Assembly: GCA_964012435.1 (NCBI GenBank)
Contig: CAXGSM010000004.1
Location: forward strand, 10,711 to 74,710
Source: an uncultured bacterium
GTDB lineage: Bacteria; UBP7; UBA6624
Length of the DNA: 64,000 nucleotides
Reading direction: 5' to 3'
Below, piece by piece: positions 40,096-50,206 of this stretch. Position 1 is the first letter of the stretch; the number at the start of each line of letters is the position of its first letter. Made by a program: the position numbers and the translations under genes. The notes beneath the pieces were generated by a model, which worked only from the letters and a program-made list of their open reading frames with translations, was not told the origin of the DNA and did not search any database.

Positions 40096-41894
40096 GCTTT
40101 TTTATTTATTTTAATTTGTGTATTTTCAATTATGTTAGCTGATATTTTTGATGCTGCCATTGGCATTCCATCTGAATAAGCACATGATTTAATTTTTTTA
40201 ATATTTAATGAGTCCAATTCTTCTTTTATCAAGTTGAACATTTGAGCATCTCTGTTTTGTTCTATTATGAAAATTTCTTCATGTGAATCTATAAACTCAT
40301 TAACTTTTGGAGACAAGGGTAGGGCCCTGATTCTAAGGTAGTCAATTTCTACTTTTTGTTCTTGCAGGATATCTATTGTTTCCTCAATAGCTGTATGAAC
40401 GGTACCGTAGGATATCACACCTATTTTTGACTTGCTTGATGAGTGTTCTATTTTTGGTTGAGGCATTTTTACCCTAAGGCCTTCATGTTTTTTTGCTAGC
40501 CTTTTCATGTTGCGTTCATAAACTTCAGGATCTTCTGAATATGTTGCATCTTCATCATGCCCGCTACCTCTTGTGAAATAAGAGGAGTCTGGATGTGGGT
40601 TTCCTGGAAGTGTTCGATAAGGTATGCCATCTCCATCAACGTCTCTGTACCTGCCCCAAGATTCAACTTTATTTAAATCTTCTTCTTTTAGTATTTTGCC
40701 TCTATCAAAAGGCTTATCAGGATATTCGAAATCATCACTAATCCAAGGGTTCATGCCTAAGTCTAGATCAGAAAGCACAAAGGTTGGAGTCTGAAACCTT
40801 TCTGCAATATCAAAAGATTTCCACCCAAACTCAAAACATTCCTTTGGGGTTGCCGGGATAAAAACAGGATGTGTTGAATCTCCGTGTCCAAGTTTATAGC
40901 AAAAATTTATATCCGACTGTTGTGTTCTTGTTGGAAGCCCCGTTGAAGGGCCTACTCTTTGTATGTTCCAAAAAACACCTGGAACCTCTGCGTAATAGCC
41001 TAAACCAATAAATTCTGTCATCAGTGATATTCCTGCTCCACTTGTTGTAGTCATTGATCTAGATCCAGCCCAGCCTGCACCAAACACCATTCCTGCTGCT
41101 GCTAATTCATCTTCTGCTTGGACAACTGCATATGTTTTTGAACCATCAACATATTCTCTATGCTGTTTCAGGTATCCAATTAAGCTTTCTGCTAAAGAGC
41201 TTGAAGGTGTAATAGGGTACCATGCAAGAAAGGTAACGCCTCCAAAAAGAGACCCTAAAGCTCCAGCTTGGTTCCCATCAACTATCATTTTATCCTTGGT
41301 TAAATCTCTTCTTTCAACCCTCCAAGGTTGATTTTTTTTGTGATTTTCTTTTATGTAATTTCTACCTTCATCAATCGCTGTTAGGTTCAGCTCGATAGCT
41401 TTTTGTTTGTTGTTGAATTGATGTTTTAGAGCTTCAACAATTGCTTCTTGCTCTATCCCTATAATTTCAGACAGAGCTCCAACATAAACTGTATTTGTTA
41501 TAAGTTTAGCGAGTTTAGAGTTGACACCTCTGGCTATTTTTGAACAAGGAACATCATAGAGAATTAAATCATCTCTTTCTACTGGCATACGGGTATCACT
41601 GTTGTATATAACCACTGAACCTTTCTTTAATTTGCTTAAATCTTTTTCCCAGGTGTCTGGATTCATAAGAATTGCTATATTGGTGTCATCAGCTGGAGCA
41701 GGGTAACCTTCTTCGGTAACCCTTATTAAAAACCAAGTTGGCAGGCCAGCTATATTCGATGGGAATAAATTTTTTCCTGAAACTGGTAACCCCATTTTAA
41801 ACAAAGCTCTATGGATTATTAGGTTTGCACTTTGTGATCCTGAACCATTGGCAGTCCCTACGGAAATCATTAAATTGTTAATTATTGTTTTCAC
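40092..41894 (-). CDS. korA: 2-oxoacid:acceptor oxidoreductase alpha subunit (gamma-alpha fusion)
   Basis: YPITPSS, QAEDELAA, TTSGAG, QRVGPSTGLPTRTQQ; GTG start. Confidence 0.9.
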   Translation of the reverse strand: MKTIINNLMISVGTANGSGSQSANLIIHRALFKMGLPVSGKNLFPSNIAGLPTWFLIRVTEEGYPAPADDTNIAILMNPDTWEKDLSKLKKGSVVIYNSDTRMPVERDDLILYDVPCSKIARGVNSKLAKLITNTVYVGALSEIIGIEQEAIVEALKHQFNNKQKAIELNLTAIDEGRNYIKENHKKNQPWRVERRDLTKDKMIVDGNQAGALGSLFGGVTFLAWYPITPSSSLAESLIGYLKQHREYVDGSKTYAVVQAEDELAAAGMVFGAGWAGSRSMTTTSGAGISLMTEFIGLGYYAEVPGVFWNIQRVGPSTGLPTRTQQSDINFCYKLGHGDSTHPVFIPATPKECFEFGWKSFDIAERFQTPTFVLSDLDLGMNPWISDDFEYPDKPFDRGKILKEEDLNKVESWGRYRDVDGDGIPYRTLPGNPHPDSSYFTRGSGHDEDATYSEDPEVYERNMKRLAKKHEGLRVKMPQPKIEHSSSKSKIGVISYGTVHTAIEETIDILQEQKVEIDYLRIRALPLSPKVNEFIDSHEEIFIIEQNRDAQMFNLIKEELDSLNIKKIKSCAYSDGMPMAASKISANIIENTQIKINKKA

Positions 41895-41914
41895 TACAAA
41901 AGTGCGATTCTATA

Positions 41915-41934
41915 TTACGTTCCATAGAACGTAA
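41915..41934. promoter_or_regulatory. Perfect inverted repeat TTACGTTC-cata-GAACGTAA, candidate operator in the korA/lon divergent promoter region
   Basis: 8-bp arms with a 4-nt spacer, lying between minus-strand TAGAAT (41907-41912) and plus-strand TAGGAT (41944-41949). Confidence 0.55.
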
Positions 41935-41962
41935 CGATAGTGTTAGGATAAATGTGTAATTT

Positions 41963-44452
41963 ATGAAAAACAAATTTTCTGGAAGTAAAAAAGATTGCTT
42001 GCTTTCTAGCTCCCAATGCGACTTTGGCTTTGAAGCCAAGGATATAAATAAAATCAAACCGATAGGTGATCGAATAATAGGGCAAGAAAGAGCAGTTGAG
42101 TCTATTCAGTTTGGCTTGAGGATGAAAAAGCCAGGCTATAACATTTTTGTCTCAGGGATATCTGGATCTGGTAGGAATTCAACAGTTCAAAAATATGTAG
42201 ACCATTTGTCTTCAAGAGCGACAGTGCCAAATGATTGGTGCTATGTGCATAATTTCTCACAACCAGATGAACCTTTGGCGCTAAGCTTAAGTCCGGGAAG
42301 GGGCAGGAAGTTCTCTGAAGACTTGGAAAATTTAATGAATAGGTTAAAGGATGAAATTCCAAATGCCTTTGAAGGTGGTGAATACAAGGAAGAGTTAGAC
42401 AAGCTACGCAAAAAAGGCTCTGAGATGAAGAAAGGAATAATCAAGGAGATGGAGGAGATTACATCTTCTCATAACTTTTTGCTCAAGAAGACAAGCATGG
42501 GGATAATCACTATTCCAATTTGGGAAGGAGAGCCGATAGATGAAAGAAAGTTTAGGGCACTTCCTGAAGAAGTTAAGGAGCAAATGCAAGAAACCCAAGA
42601 CAAGCTTCAAGAAGAGCTCAACGATCATTTAGAGCAGATTCAAAAGATAGATGATGAAATACAGAAAGAAGTGAATGATCTCGACAGAAGGCTTCTTCTT
42701 TTTTCTGTTGGAAGACATATGAGAAGACTTCAGGAAGATTACAGAGATATGAAAAATGTTTCAGATTGGCTCATTGAGCTTCAAGAAGATGTGTTGAAAA
42801 ATGCAGATTCTTTCAGAAAGAAAAATGAACCTCAAGGACAGGTTCCGGTTTTGGCTATGCCAATGCCTTCCGGCCCTAATCTTAGGAAATACAGTGTTAA
42901 TCTGATTGTCGACATGTCAAAAGAAGAAGGCTCACCTGTTGTTCTTGAAAAAAATGCAACTTTTGCAAATCTTGTTGGAAAGATGGAAAGAAGGGTTGAG
43001 ATGGGAATGATGACAACTGACTTCACGATGATTAAGGCAGGAGCTTTGCATCGAGCGAATGGGGGTTACATTGTTTTAGAGGCAATTGATGTTTTAAAGC
43101 ATCCAATCGCTTGGGACGGTCTCAAAAGAGCATTAACTGATGGCCAGGTGTTGATAGAGGATATTGCGGACCATGCTGGATACGCAACCACAACAACAAT
43201 GAAACCAAAACCAATTCCAGTTGACCTAAAGGTTGTCATGATTGGCAGCCCTTGGGTCTATCACCTTTTAGCTTCTCACGATGAGGACTTTAAAGAGCTT
43301 TTTAAGGTTCGAGCAGATTTTGATAGCAGTTATGGTTCAGACAGTGAATCCTTTGAGGATTATTGCTCTTTTGTTAAAGAGAGAGTCAATGAGGAGGATT
43401 TGCTCAATTTTGACCTTTCTGCAATTCAGAGCTTGTATAGGCACGGGGTTAGATTGGCAGGAGACAGAAGTAAGGTTTCGACAAAGTTCAGTGTGATAAC
43501 AGACTTAATGAGAGAATCTAGCCAAGTGGCGTCAGACAAAAACCAAAATCTAGTCAGCTCTTTAGATGTTGAAGAGACTCTTGAGGCTAGAAAAAGAAGG
43601 AATAGCTTGATTCCGGACCGTATGCAAGAAATGCTAGAAAGGGAGCACATCCTTGTTGAGACAAGTGATTGCAAAATTGGCTCGATAAACGGCTTGGCAG
43701 TTTTTACCATTTCTGATGAATCTTTTGGAAAGCCCAGCAGGATAACAGTTAACACATTTCAAGGCAAAGGTGGAATTGTCAACATAGAGCGTCAAGCTGA
43801 CCTTTCCGGAAGCATACACAATAAAGGCGTGATGATCCTTTCAGGTTGGCTACATGAAAAATTTGGAAAATACAATTCTTTATCTGTTTCAGCTTCAATT
43901 GCATTTGAGCAGTCTTACGGAATGGTTGATGGGGATTCAGCCTCGTCAACAGAGCTTTACGCTATTCTTTCCAGCATTTCTGAAATTCCAATAAATCAAG
44001 GCATTGCCGTAACTGGCTCAGTTAATCAAAAAGGTGAAATCCAGCCAATTGGTGGCGTTAACGAAAAGGTGGAAGGTTTTTACGATCTTTGCAAGGTAAG
44101 AGGCTTAACTGGAGAACAAGGAGTCATGATTCCTCATCAGAATGTAGAGAATTTAATTCTTTCAAAAGAGGTTGTTGAATCTATAGAAAAAGGTGAGTTC
44201 AATGTATGGGCAGTCAAAACAATTGAGGAAGGCATTGAAATACTTACGGGTAAAAAAGCTGGTAAATGGAATGATGTAAAAAAAACATGGTCAAAAGGGT
44301 CCATTTTTGCTGAAGTTGAGAAAAGGTTGCAAGATTACAGAGAGTCTCCAAGACTTGAGCTTGAAGCCTGGAATGAAAAGGTAGAAAAAAAGAAAAAGAA
44401 AAAGAGCCCAAAGAAAAGCAAAGCAAAAAAACCTTCAGCAAAGAAAAAATGA
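41963..44452 (+). CDS. Lon-family (S16) protease, LonC/AAA_32 type
   Basis: IIGQERA, coiled-coil insert, GALHRANGG, Ser-Lys dyad in VDGDSAS and GGVNEKVEGF. Confidence 0.9.
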   Translation: MKNKFSGSKKDCLLSSSQCDFGFEAKDINKIKPIGDRIIGQERAVESIQFGLRMKKPGYNIFVSGISGSGRNSTVQKYVDHLSSRATVPNDWCYVHNFSQPDEPLALSLSPGRGRKFSEDLENLMNRLKDEIPNAFEGGEYKEELDKLRKKGSEMKKGIIKEMEEITSSHNFLLKKTSMGIITIPIWEGEPIDERKFRALPEEVKEQMQETQDKLQEELNDHLEQIQKIDDEIQKEVNDLDRRLLLFSVGRHMRRLQEDYRDMKNVSDWLIELQEDVLKNADSFRKKNEPQGQVPVLAMPMPSGPNLRKYSVNLIVDMSKEEGSPVVLEKNATFANLVGKMERRVEMGMMTTDFTMIKAGALHRANGGYIVLEAIDVLKHPIAWDGLKRALTDGQVLIEDIADHAGYATTTTMKPKPIPVDLKVVMIGSPWVYHLLASHDEDFKELFKVRADFDSSYGSDSESFEDYCSFVKERVNEEDLLNFDLSAIQSLYRHGVRLAGDRSKVSTKFSVITDLMRESSQVASDKNQNLVSSLDVEETLEARKRRNSLIPDRMQEMLEREHILVETSDCKIGSINGLAVFTISDESFGKPSRITVNTFQGKGGIVNIERQADLSGSIHNKGVMILSGWLHEKFGKYNSLSVSASIAFEQSYGMVDGDSASSTELYAILSSISEIPINQGIAVTGSVNQKGEIQPIGGVNEKVEGFYDLCKVRGLTGEQGVMIPHQNVENLILSKEVVESIEKGEFNVWAVKTIEEGIEILTGKKAGKWNDVKKTWSKGSIFAEVEKRLQDYRESPRLELEAWNEKVEKKKKKKSPKKSKAKKPSAKKK

Positions 44453-44970
44453 TAAAAAAGATTTTATTTTTACTTCTTGTATTTTTTTCCCCAACAGTTA
44501 ACAGCAATAAAGACCTTTCTGAAGAGCTGTCTTATTTTCAATCATTAATAGGAAAAACATATGAAGGCGAATTTGCTGCTACTCCTCAGGGAAGCTCTAT
44601 GGTAGATGTGCAATACTGGGAACGGATTTTGAATGGAAACGGAATACGAATCACTCATTCAATTAATGATGGAGAGTATGGTGGAGAAATAGTGATTATG
44701 TGGGATAGGGAAAAAGAGGTCTTGACCGGTTGGTATTTTACGACTGCTGGTTTTTATACACAGCAGAAATATCATATCGAGGATGATGCTCTCGTAAGTT
44801 ATGAGGATGTTGTTGGCAATGAGAATGGGATTACAGCTGTTAGATCTAGTACGAAAATTATTGATAATGGATTCCATAGAAAAACCGAATACTTCCTTGA
44901 AGAGGAATGGGTTTATGGGCACGAGCTTTTTTACGAAGAGGTTCTTGACAAAGAGGTGATTTTTAAATGA
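44449..44970 (+). CDS. Hypothetical exported protein
   Basis: Signal-peptide-like N-terminus; beta-rich body; coupled to lon. Confidence 0.65.
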   Translation: MIKKILFLLLVFFSPTVNSNKDLSEELSYFQSLIGKTYEGEFAATPQGSSMVDVQYWERILNGNGIRITHSINDGEYGGEIVIMWDREKEVLTGWYFTTAGFYTQQKYHIEDDALVSYEDVVGNENGITAVRSSTKIIDNGFHRKTEYFLEEEWVYGHELFYEEVLDKEVIFK

Positions 44971-45357
44971 CTAGTCGTGTATTAGCACTTCTTTAAAATC
45001 ATCACTTATGACTGTTTTCAGGCCTATAGACTGGGAAACTAGGCTGATAATCTCATAAACTTTCATATCAACAACAAGTGTAAATCTTTCATTCAGGCTA
45101 CCTAAAGTTTCTTCAGAAATATCTAAATTAATCTCAAAGCTTGAATTTGCTTTTATTTCCTCTAATAGCTCAAGGATAGTTCCATCATGGTTAATTGACA
45201 CATGGTCATCTATGTTCCATAAATCATTCAGCCCTTCTTTGTTTTCTTGAATTTCTAAAGTTTTATCTTCAGTTGTGCTTGTTTTGTTGAAAACGTCTAA
45301 ATTTACAAGAGTTATGCCTATTAAAAGAACACTTATTAAAATTATCCATTTTTTCAT
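44971..45357 (-). CDS. Hypothetical membrane-anchored protein with a possible STN/secretin-N-like domain
   Basis: MKKWIILISVLLIGITLV anchor; VSINHDGTILELLEEI...FTLVVDMKVYEIISLVSQSIGL resembles an STN domain (weak). Confidence 0.55.
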   Translation of the reverse strand: MKKWIILISVLLIGITLVNLDVFNKTSTTEDKTLEIQENKEGLNDLWNIDDHVSINHDGTILELLEEIKANSSFEINLDISEETLGSLNERFTLVVDMKVYEIISLVSQSIGLKTVISDDFKEVLIHD

Positions 45358-45389
45358 CGCAACTTAATCCTATAATCTAAATTTAGGTT

Positions 45390-46751
45390 ATGAAAAAAAT
45401 GGTTGTTATAAGCCTTGACGGTGTACCTTTGACGGTTTTGAAGAGTTTCTTGGAAAGAGGGTTGATGCCAAAATTGAAAAAGGTGATTGCTGAAAGCGGT
45501 TTTGATCCAGTGGAGATCAAATCAGTTCACCCTTGTGAATCTGCAACTGCTTGGACTAGCTACATGACTGGCAACAACCCTGGCAAACATAATATTTATG
45601 GTTTTGTTGATAGGCATGTTGCTAGCGAGAAAAAGGGAATGTATATAGTTAACTCTAGCTATAGAGATGGAGACAGCCTGTGGAAGATTCTGTCTGACAA
45701 TGATTTAAGGCCTGTTGCAATCAATGTTCCTCTCAACTTTCCTCCAGAGAATGTAAACGGAGTGGTTGTAGGAGGGTTTCTTTCTCCACCTGGTAACAAA
45801 GGGATCGTTCATCCTCCTCACTATGAAGGTTATTTGAATGAAGTTGGCTACAAGCCAGATCCAGACAACAGCCTTGTGAAAAAGGATTTGCATGCCTGGT
45901 ATGAAGACCTTGTCAAAACTGAAAGTGTGAGGATTGATTTTTCAAAAAAAATATTTCAAGAAGAGAAGTGGGATTTTTTTCATTTGCATGTAATGGGAAC
46001 TGACAGGCTGCATCATTTCTTATGGGAAAAATGGGAAGATGATGATCCCTTTTGGCGAAAGAAATTTGAAGATTTTTATTCTGAAATAGATTCACAAATT
46101 GCTTGGTTTTTTGAGAAGGGTAAGGATTGTACTTTTGTGATGCTTTCAGACCATGGGTTCTGTGGCACCAGGTATGAGCTCGACTTAAATGCATGGCTTA
46201 TCGAAAGATCATTATTAAAGCTAGAAGAGGGTTCATCATCTTTTAGCCCCTTGATGCTTCCTGAAACTAAAGCTTTCTCTTTGCTTCCAGGAAGGATTTA
46301 TCTAAATCTGAAAGGTAGAGAAAACTTCGGGACTGTTTCTAAAAAGGATTATGAAAGCATAAGGGAAAAAGTTCGTCTTGACCTTTTGCAAATCAATGAC
46401 CCTTCTGGAAAAAAAGTTTTTAGAGATGTTTACAACAGAGAAGATGTTTATTTTGATGATTTTTCAAATGAGGATTTTTTCCTTAGCGAAGATAAGAAAG
46501 ATGTTACAAAATATGACTTAGCGCCTGATTTGATTTGTTTTCCTGAGGATGGTATTGACCTGAAGGCAAGTTTTGAGTCAGGATCAGAGGTTTTTTCACA
46601 TTCTCTTATTACTGGAATGCATACTTTCGACAATGCTTTTCTGTGGGTTTCAGACAAACAGGCTGAAGAGGGATCCATCCTTGATATAGCCCCATCTGTA
46701 CTAAAGAGAATGAAGATTAAATTTAGAATGGATGGAAAGGTTATATTTTGA
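45390..46751 (+). CDS. Alkaline phosphatase superfamily protein (type I phosphodiesterase/nucleotide pyrophosphatase)
   Basis: ISLDGV, AWTSYMTGNNPGKHNIYGF, TDRLHHF, SDHGF, TGMH, DIAPS. Confidence 0.88.
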   Translation: MKKMVVISLDGVPLTVLKSFLERGLMPKLKKVIAESGFDPVEIKSVHPCESATAWTSYMTGNNPGKHNIYGFVDRHVASEKKGMYIVNSSYRDGDSLWKILSDNDLRPVAINVPLNFPPENVNGVVVGGFLSPPGNKGIVHPPHYEGYLNEVGYKPDPDNSLVKKDLHAWYEDLVKTESVRIDFSKKIFQEEKWDFFHLHVMGTDRLHHFLWEKWEDDDPFWRKKFEDFYSEIDSQIAWFFEKGKDCTFVMLSDHGFCGTRYELDLNAWLIERSLLKLEEGSSSFSPLMLPETKAFSLLPGRIYLNLKGRENFGTVSKKDYESIREKVRLDLLQINDPSGKKVFRDVYNREDVYFDDFSNEDFFLSEDKKDVTKYDLAPDLICFPEDGIDLKASFESGSEVFSHSLITGMHTFDNAFLWVSDKQAEEGSILDIAPSVLKRMKIKFRMDGKVIF

Positions 46752-48532
46752 TAAAAAAAATTAGAAATTTTGCCATAGTTGCACATGTTGATCACGGAAA
46801 GTCAACACTTGCAGATCGAATACTAGAAATGACAGGAACTGTTGATTCCAGAAAAATGAGAAATCAATTTTTAGACAAAATGGATATAGAGAGAGAAAGA
46901 GGGATAACTATAAAGAGTCAAACTGTAACCGTTTTTCATGACTACAATGGTGAAAATTATCAACTTAATCTTATTGACACACCTGGACATGTTGATTTTA
47001 CATATGAGGTTTCAAGAGCTCTTGCTGCTTGTGAAGGAGTGGTTCTTTTGATAGATGCATCACAGGGCATAGAGGCTCAAACGGTTGCCCATTTTGAGCA
47101 TGCAAAAAAGTTAAATTTGAAGATAATTCCATGTTTGAATAAATGTGACTTGCCTAACCTGGATATGAATGATGCCATTATTGATGCTGCAGATTATTTA
47201 GATGTTGACCCAGATGACATCATGCAGATTAGCGCAAAAAGCGGCTTAGGGGTCAAGGAGCTTCTTGAGCAGATTATTTTGAAAGTTTCCGCGCCAAAAA
47301 CAACATCAGAGTATTTTAGAGGATTGGTTTTTGATTCAGAATACGACAGTTATCGTGGTGTTATAGCACATATAAGAATCATTGATGGCGAGATTCGGAA
47401 GAATGAAAAACTCAGTCTTATTGGGACGAACACAAACCTAGATGCTCTGGAGATAGGTTATTTCAGAGATTCAAAAGTTTCAAAAGAGGTTCTTTCATGT
47501 GGTGAGGTTGGTTATGTTGTTACAAATTTAAAAAACATCAGCGAATGTCGTGTTGGTGACACCATTGCTTTGAAAAAAAATGTGGAAAAAGTTAAAACCT
47601 TAGGAGGCTACGAGCCAGCAAATCAAATGGTTTTTTCAAGTTTTTATCCTGTGGATGGAAAAGATTTTGAAAAATTAAGAATCAGTGTTGAAAAACTATC
47701 TTTAAATGATGCTTCAATAACATGGGATGTTGAAAACAGCCCATCTTTTGGATTTGGTTTAAGGATGGGTTTTCTTGGACCGCTCCATAAAGAGGTTATA
47801 CAGGAAAGGATAGAAAGAGAATTTAATCTTGAGATCATATCGACTGCCCCAACTGTATCTTATAAACTTGTTACAGCAGATAAAAGTTCACATCATATAA
47901 AAAGAATTAGAGATATACCTTATGACAAGAATATACGTGAATGGATGGAGCCAATAGTTGATGCAACTATTTCTTTCCCAAAGGATTATCTAGGGAAGGT
48001 CATGGAATTGGTGCAAAAGAGAAGAGGCTCTTTTTCCTCAATGGAAAATAACGGTTACAGAGTTTTTGCAAAATATGAAATACCTTTGGCCGAAGTTGTG
48101 AATAACTTTTTTTCAAATTTAAAATCAGCAACTCAAGGATATGCTGGTTTAGATTACAAGTTTTCAGGATGGAGAAGTTCCGACCTTCAGGTTGTAGAAA
48201 TACATGTAGCTGGAAATTCGGTCGAAGCTTTAGGGGGGATAATCCCAAAAGATGATATTTATTCTTTCTCAAGATCGCTTGTTGACAAGTTGGCTAAAGA
48301 GATACCAAGGCATCAGTTTAAAGTGCCTGTGCAAGCTTTTTCTGGCGGAAGAATAGTTGCCGCTAAAACCATTCCTCCTTACAGGAAGGATGTTATAGCC
48401 AAGTGTTATGGTGGTGACATAACGAGAAAAAGAAAACTTTTAGAGAAACAGAAGGAAGGAAAAAAACGACTGAAGCAGGTTGGAACAGTGGCAATACCAC
48501 AATCAGCCTTGCTTTCAATTTTAGATCTATGA
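46748..48532 (+). CDS. lepA: Elongation factor 4
   Basis: AHVDHGKSTLADR, ERERGITIK, DTPGHVDF, KCYGGDITRKRKLLEKQKEGK; TTG start. Confidence 0.97.
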   Translation: MIKKIRNFAIVAHVDHGKSTLADRILEMTGTVDSRKMRNQFLDKMDIERERGITIKSQTVTVFHDYNGENYQLNLIDTPGHVDFTYEVSRALAACEGVVLLIDASQGIEAQTVAHFEHAKKLNLKIIPCLNKCDLPNLDMNDAIIDAADYLDVDPDDIMQISAKSGLGVKELLEQIILKVSAPKTTSEYFRGLVFDSEYDSYRGVIAHIRIIDGEIRKNEKLSLIGTNTNLDALEIGYFRDSKVSKEVLSCGEVGYVVTNLKNISECRVGDTIALKKNVEKVKTLGGYEPANQMVFSSFYPVDGKDFEKLRISVEKLSLNDASITWDVENSPSFGFGLRMGFLGPLHKEVIQERIEREFNLEIISTAPTVSYKLVTADKSSHHIKRIRDIPYDKNIREWMEPIVDATISFPKDYLGKVMELVQKRRGSFSSMENNGYRVFAKYEIPLAEVVNNFFSNLKSATQGYAGLDYKFSGWRSSDLQVVEIHVAGNSVEALGGIIPKDDIYSFSRSLVDKLAKEIPRHQFKVPVQAFSGGRIVAAKTIPPYRKDVIAKCYGGDITRKRKLLEKQKEGKKRLKQVGTVAIPQSALLSILDL

Positions 48533-49224
48533 AGCCTGGTTTTTTGCTTGTTGACAAGCCTTCAGACCATACAAGCCATGATGTTGTTGCGAGAATTAGA
48601 AAAAAGATTGAAATAAAAAAAATTGGACATTGTGGAACCTTGGACCCTTCAGTTACTGGTTTGCTTGTTTTGGCGGTAGGTAGGGAGGCAACAAAGCAAA
48701 GTGCTTATATAACTGGTCTAGAGAAGGTTTATTTCGGGCAAGGTAAATTAGGTGTTGAAACCCCTAGTCAAGATCTTGATACTGAGCCGATATCAGTTAA
48801 AGATGCTAGCCATGTGACTATGAAGAGCCTGGTTGATTCTGCCACCACTTTTGAAGGAACGATAATGCAAAGACCTCCAATGTTCTCTGCCGTTAAGAAA
48901 AATGGTGTCCCGCTATATAAGCTTGCTAGAAAAGGTTTGAATGTTGATAGGGAAAGGAAAGAAAGAGAGGTTTATTTCTTCAGAATTAAAAATTTAAAAT
49001 TACCTTATTTCGATTTCGAAACAAAGGTGTCAAAGGGGACGTATGTAAGAACATTGGTAAATGATATAGGGTTAAATTTAGGGTGCGGCGCAGTTTTGTC
49101 TCAATTGAGAAGGGTTAGCTGCGGTCCTTTTGACATAAGTGATTCTCATACATTGGATTATTTGCTTTCTGTTGAAAAAAAACAAATAGAGTCATTGATT
49201 ATCGGATCACAGATTAAGATGTAA
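48529..49224 (+). CDS. truB: tRNA pseudouridine(55) synthase, short form
   Basis: DKP..TSHDVV, GHCGTLDP, PPMFSAVK, SKGTYVRTL; no C-terminal PUA domain. Confidence 0.95.
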   Translation: MKPGFLLVDKPSDHTSHDVVARIRKKIEIKKIGHCGTLDPSVTGLLVLAVGREATKQSAYITGLEKVYFGQGKLGVETPSQDLDTEPISVKDASHVTMKSLVDSATTFEGTIMQRPPMFSAVKKNGVPLYKLARKGLNVDRERKEREVYFFRIKNLKLPYFDFETKVSKGTYVRTLVNDIGLNLGCGAVLSQLRRVSCGPFDISDSHTLDYLLSVEKKQIESLIIGSQIKM

Positions 49225-49225
49225 T

Positions 49226-50206
49226 ATGTATATTGTGAATTTTTTAAGATTGTTTTTTTTGCTTTTGTTTTTTAATTCATGTGCGAAGACTGCAACTGCC
49301 GGACAGGGAAGCGTCACTCTTGTAGATTTAGAAATGGGTTTTAGGGGCAATGTCAACCCATATAATTATTTTTATTATTTTGCTTTCATGCTTGAGGAAA
49401 ATGTTGAAGCAGTCAAAGAGCTTGGTTTGCTTGGACAGAACACTCTTGTTTTAAAAAAGCAAGATGGTTCTTTTTTTGATTGCGTTAATGATGATTGCAC
49501 TCAGATGCTTGCAAATCTTCCTGTAAAAATAATTCATCCTAATATTTCAGATTTCACGTCTGTAATTACTGATATAGACATTCTTGCGTCGACAATTACA
49601 TTAGAGCACACTTTTTCGGAGGAGATTCCAATAGATTCTTTGGTTTATTTGGGGTTAGGTGATAACCTAGCTCCAGCAGCTAGTGTTTTGACTCCAAATC
49701 GTGGAGAGTATTGGACAAGGTATCTGCTTTATGTAGCTGATTCAGACCTTACTGGAGGACAGCCAAAATTTCTTCATGGAACAGGGGGTAAAAAAATAGA
49801 GGGAACCGAGGAGGTTGATTACATTTACCAACCGCCTTCCGATCTTGATTTTTTGACTGACTGGTATCAATCAGCTGAAGTATATGGGCTTGATCATTAT
49901 GAGGCAGAAAGCACTTCTTCAAATGCTATTAGGTTCACATTAAGGCTCGATGAATGGCTTGGCGATGTCGATACTTTTAAATTTCAGATTCTGGTTAGCT
50001 CAGGCGGAGGTGTTGACTTTGTGACAAATGAGCCAGGAAATGAAACGGGATTTAATATTGATTGGTTGGATCCATACGTAATCGAATTGCCTTCAAGCCT
50101 GATTAAAGGTTTTGAGTATAGTGAAGACTTGAACGGTATTGAAAATTCATTTGATACAAGTCAGTCTGCAGCTGATCTGATATGGTGGAGAGTTTACGTT
50201 AGATGA
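49226..50206 (+). CDS. Hypothetical lipoprotein
   Basis: Hydrophobic N-terminus ending in FNSC (lipobox-like); acidic body. Confidence 0.6.
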   Translation: MYIVNFLRLFFLLLFFNSCAKTATAGQGSVTLVDLEMGFRGNVNPYNYFYYFAFMLEENVEAVKELGLLGQNTLVLKKQDGSFFDCVNDDCTQMLANLPVKIIHPNISDFTSVITDIDILASTITLEHTFSEEIPIDSLVYLGLGDNLAPAASVLTPNRGEYWTRYLLYVADSDLTGGQPKFLHGTGGKKIEGTEEVDYIYQPPSDLDFLTDWYQSAEVYGLDHYEAESTSSNAIRFTLRLDEWLGDVDTFKFQILVSSGGGVDFVTNEPGNETGFNIDWLDPYVIELPSSLIKGFEYSEDLNGIENSFDTSQSAADLIWWRVYVR

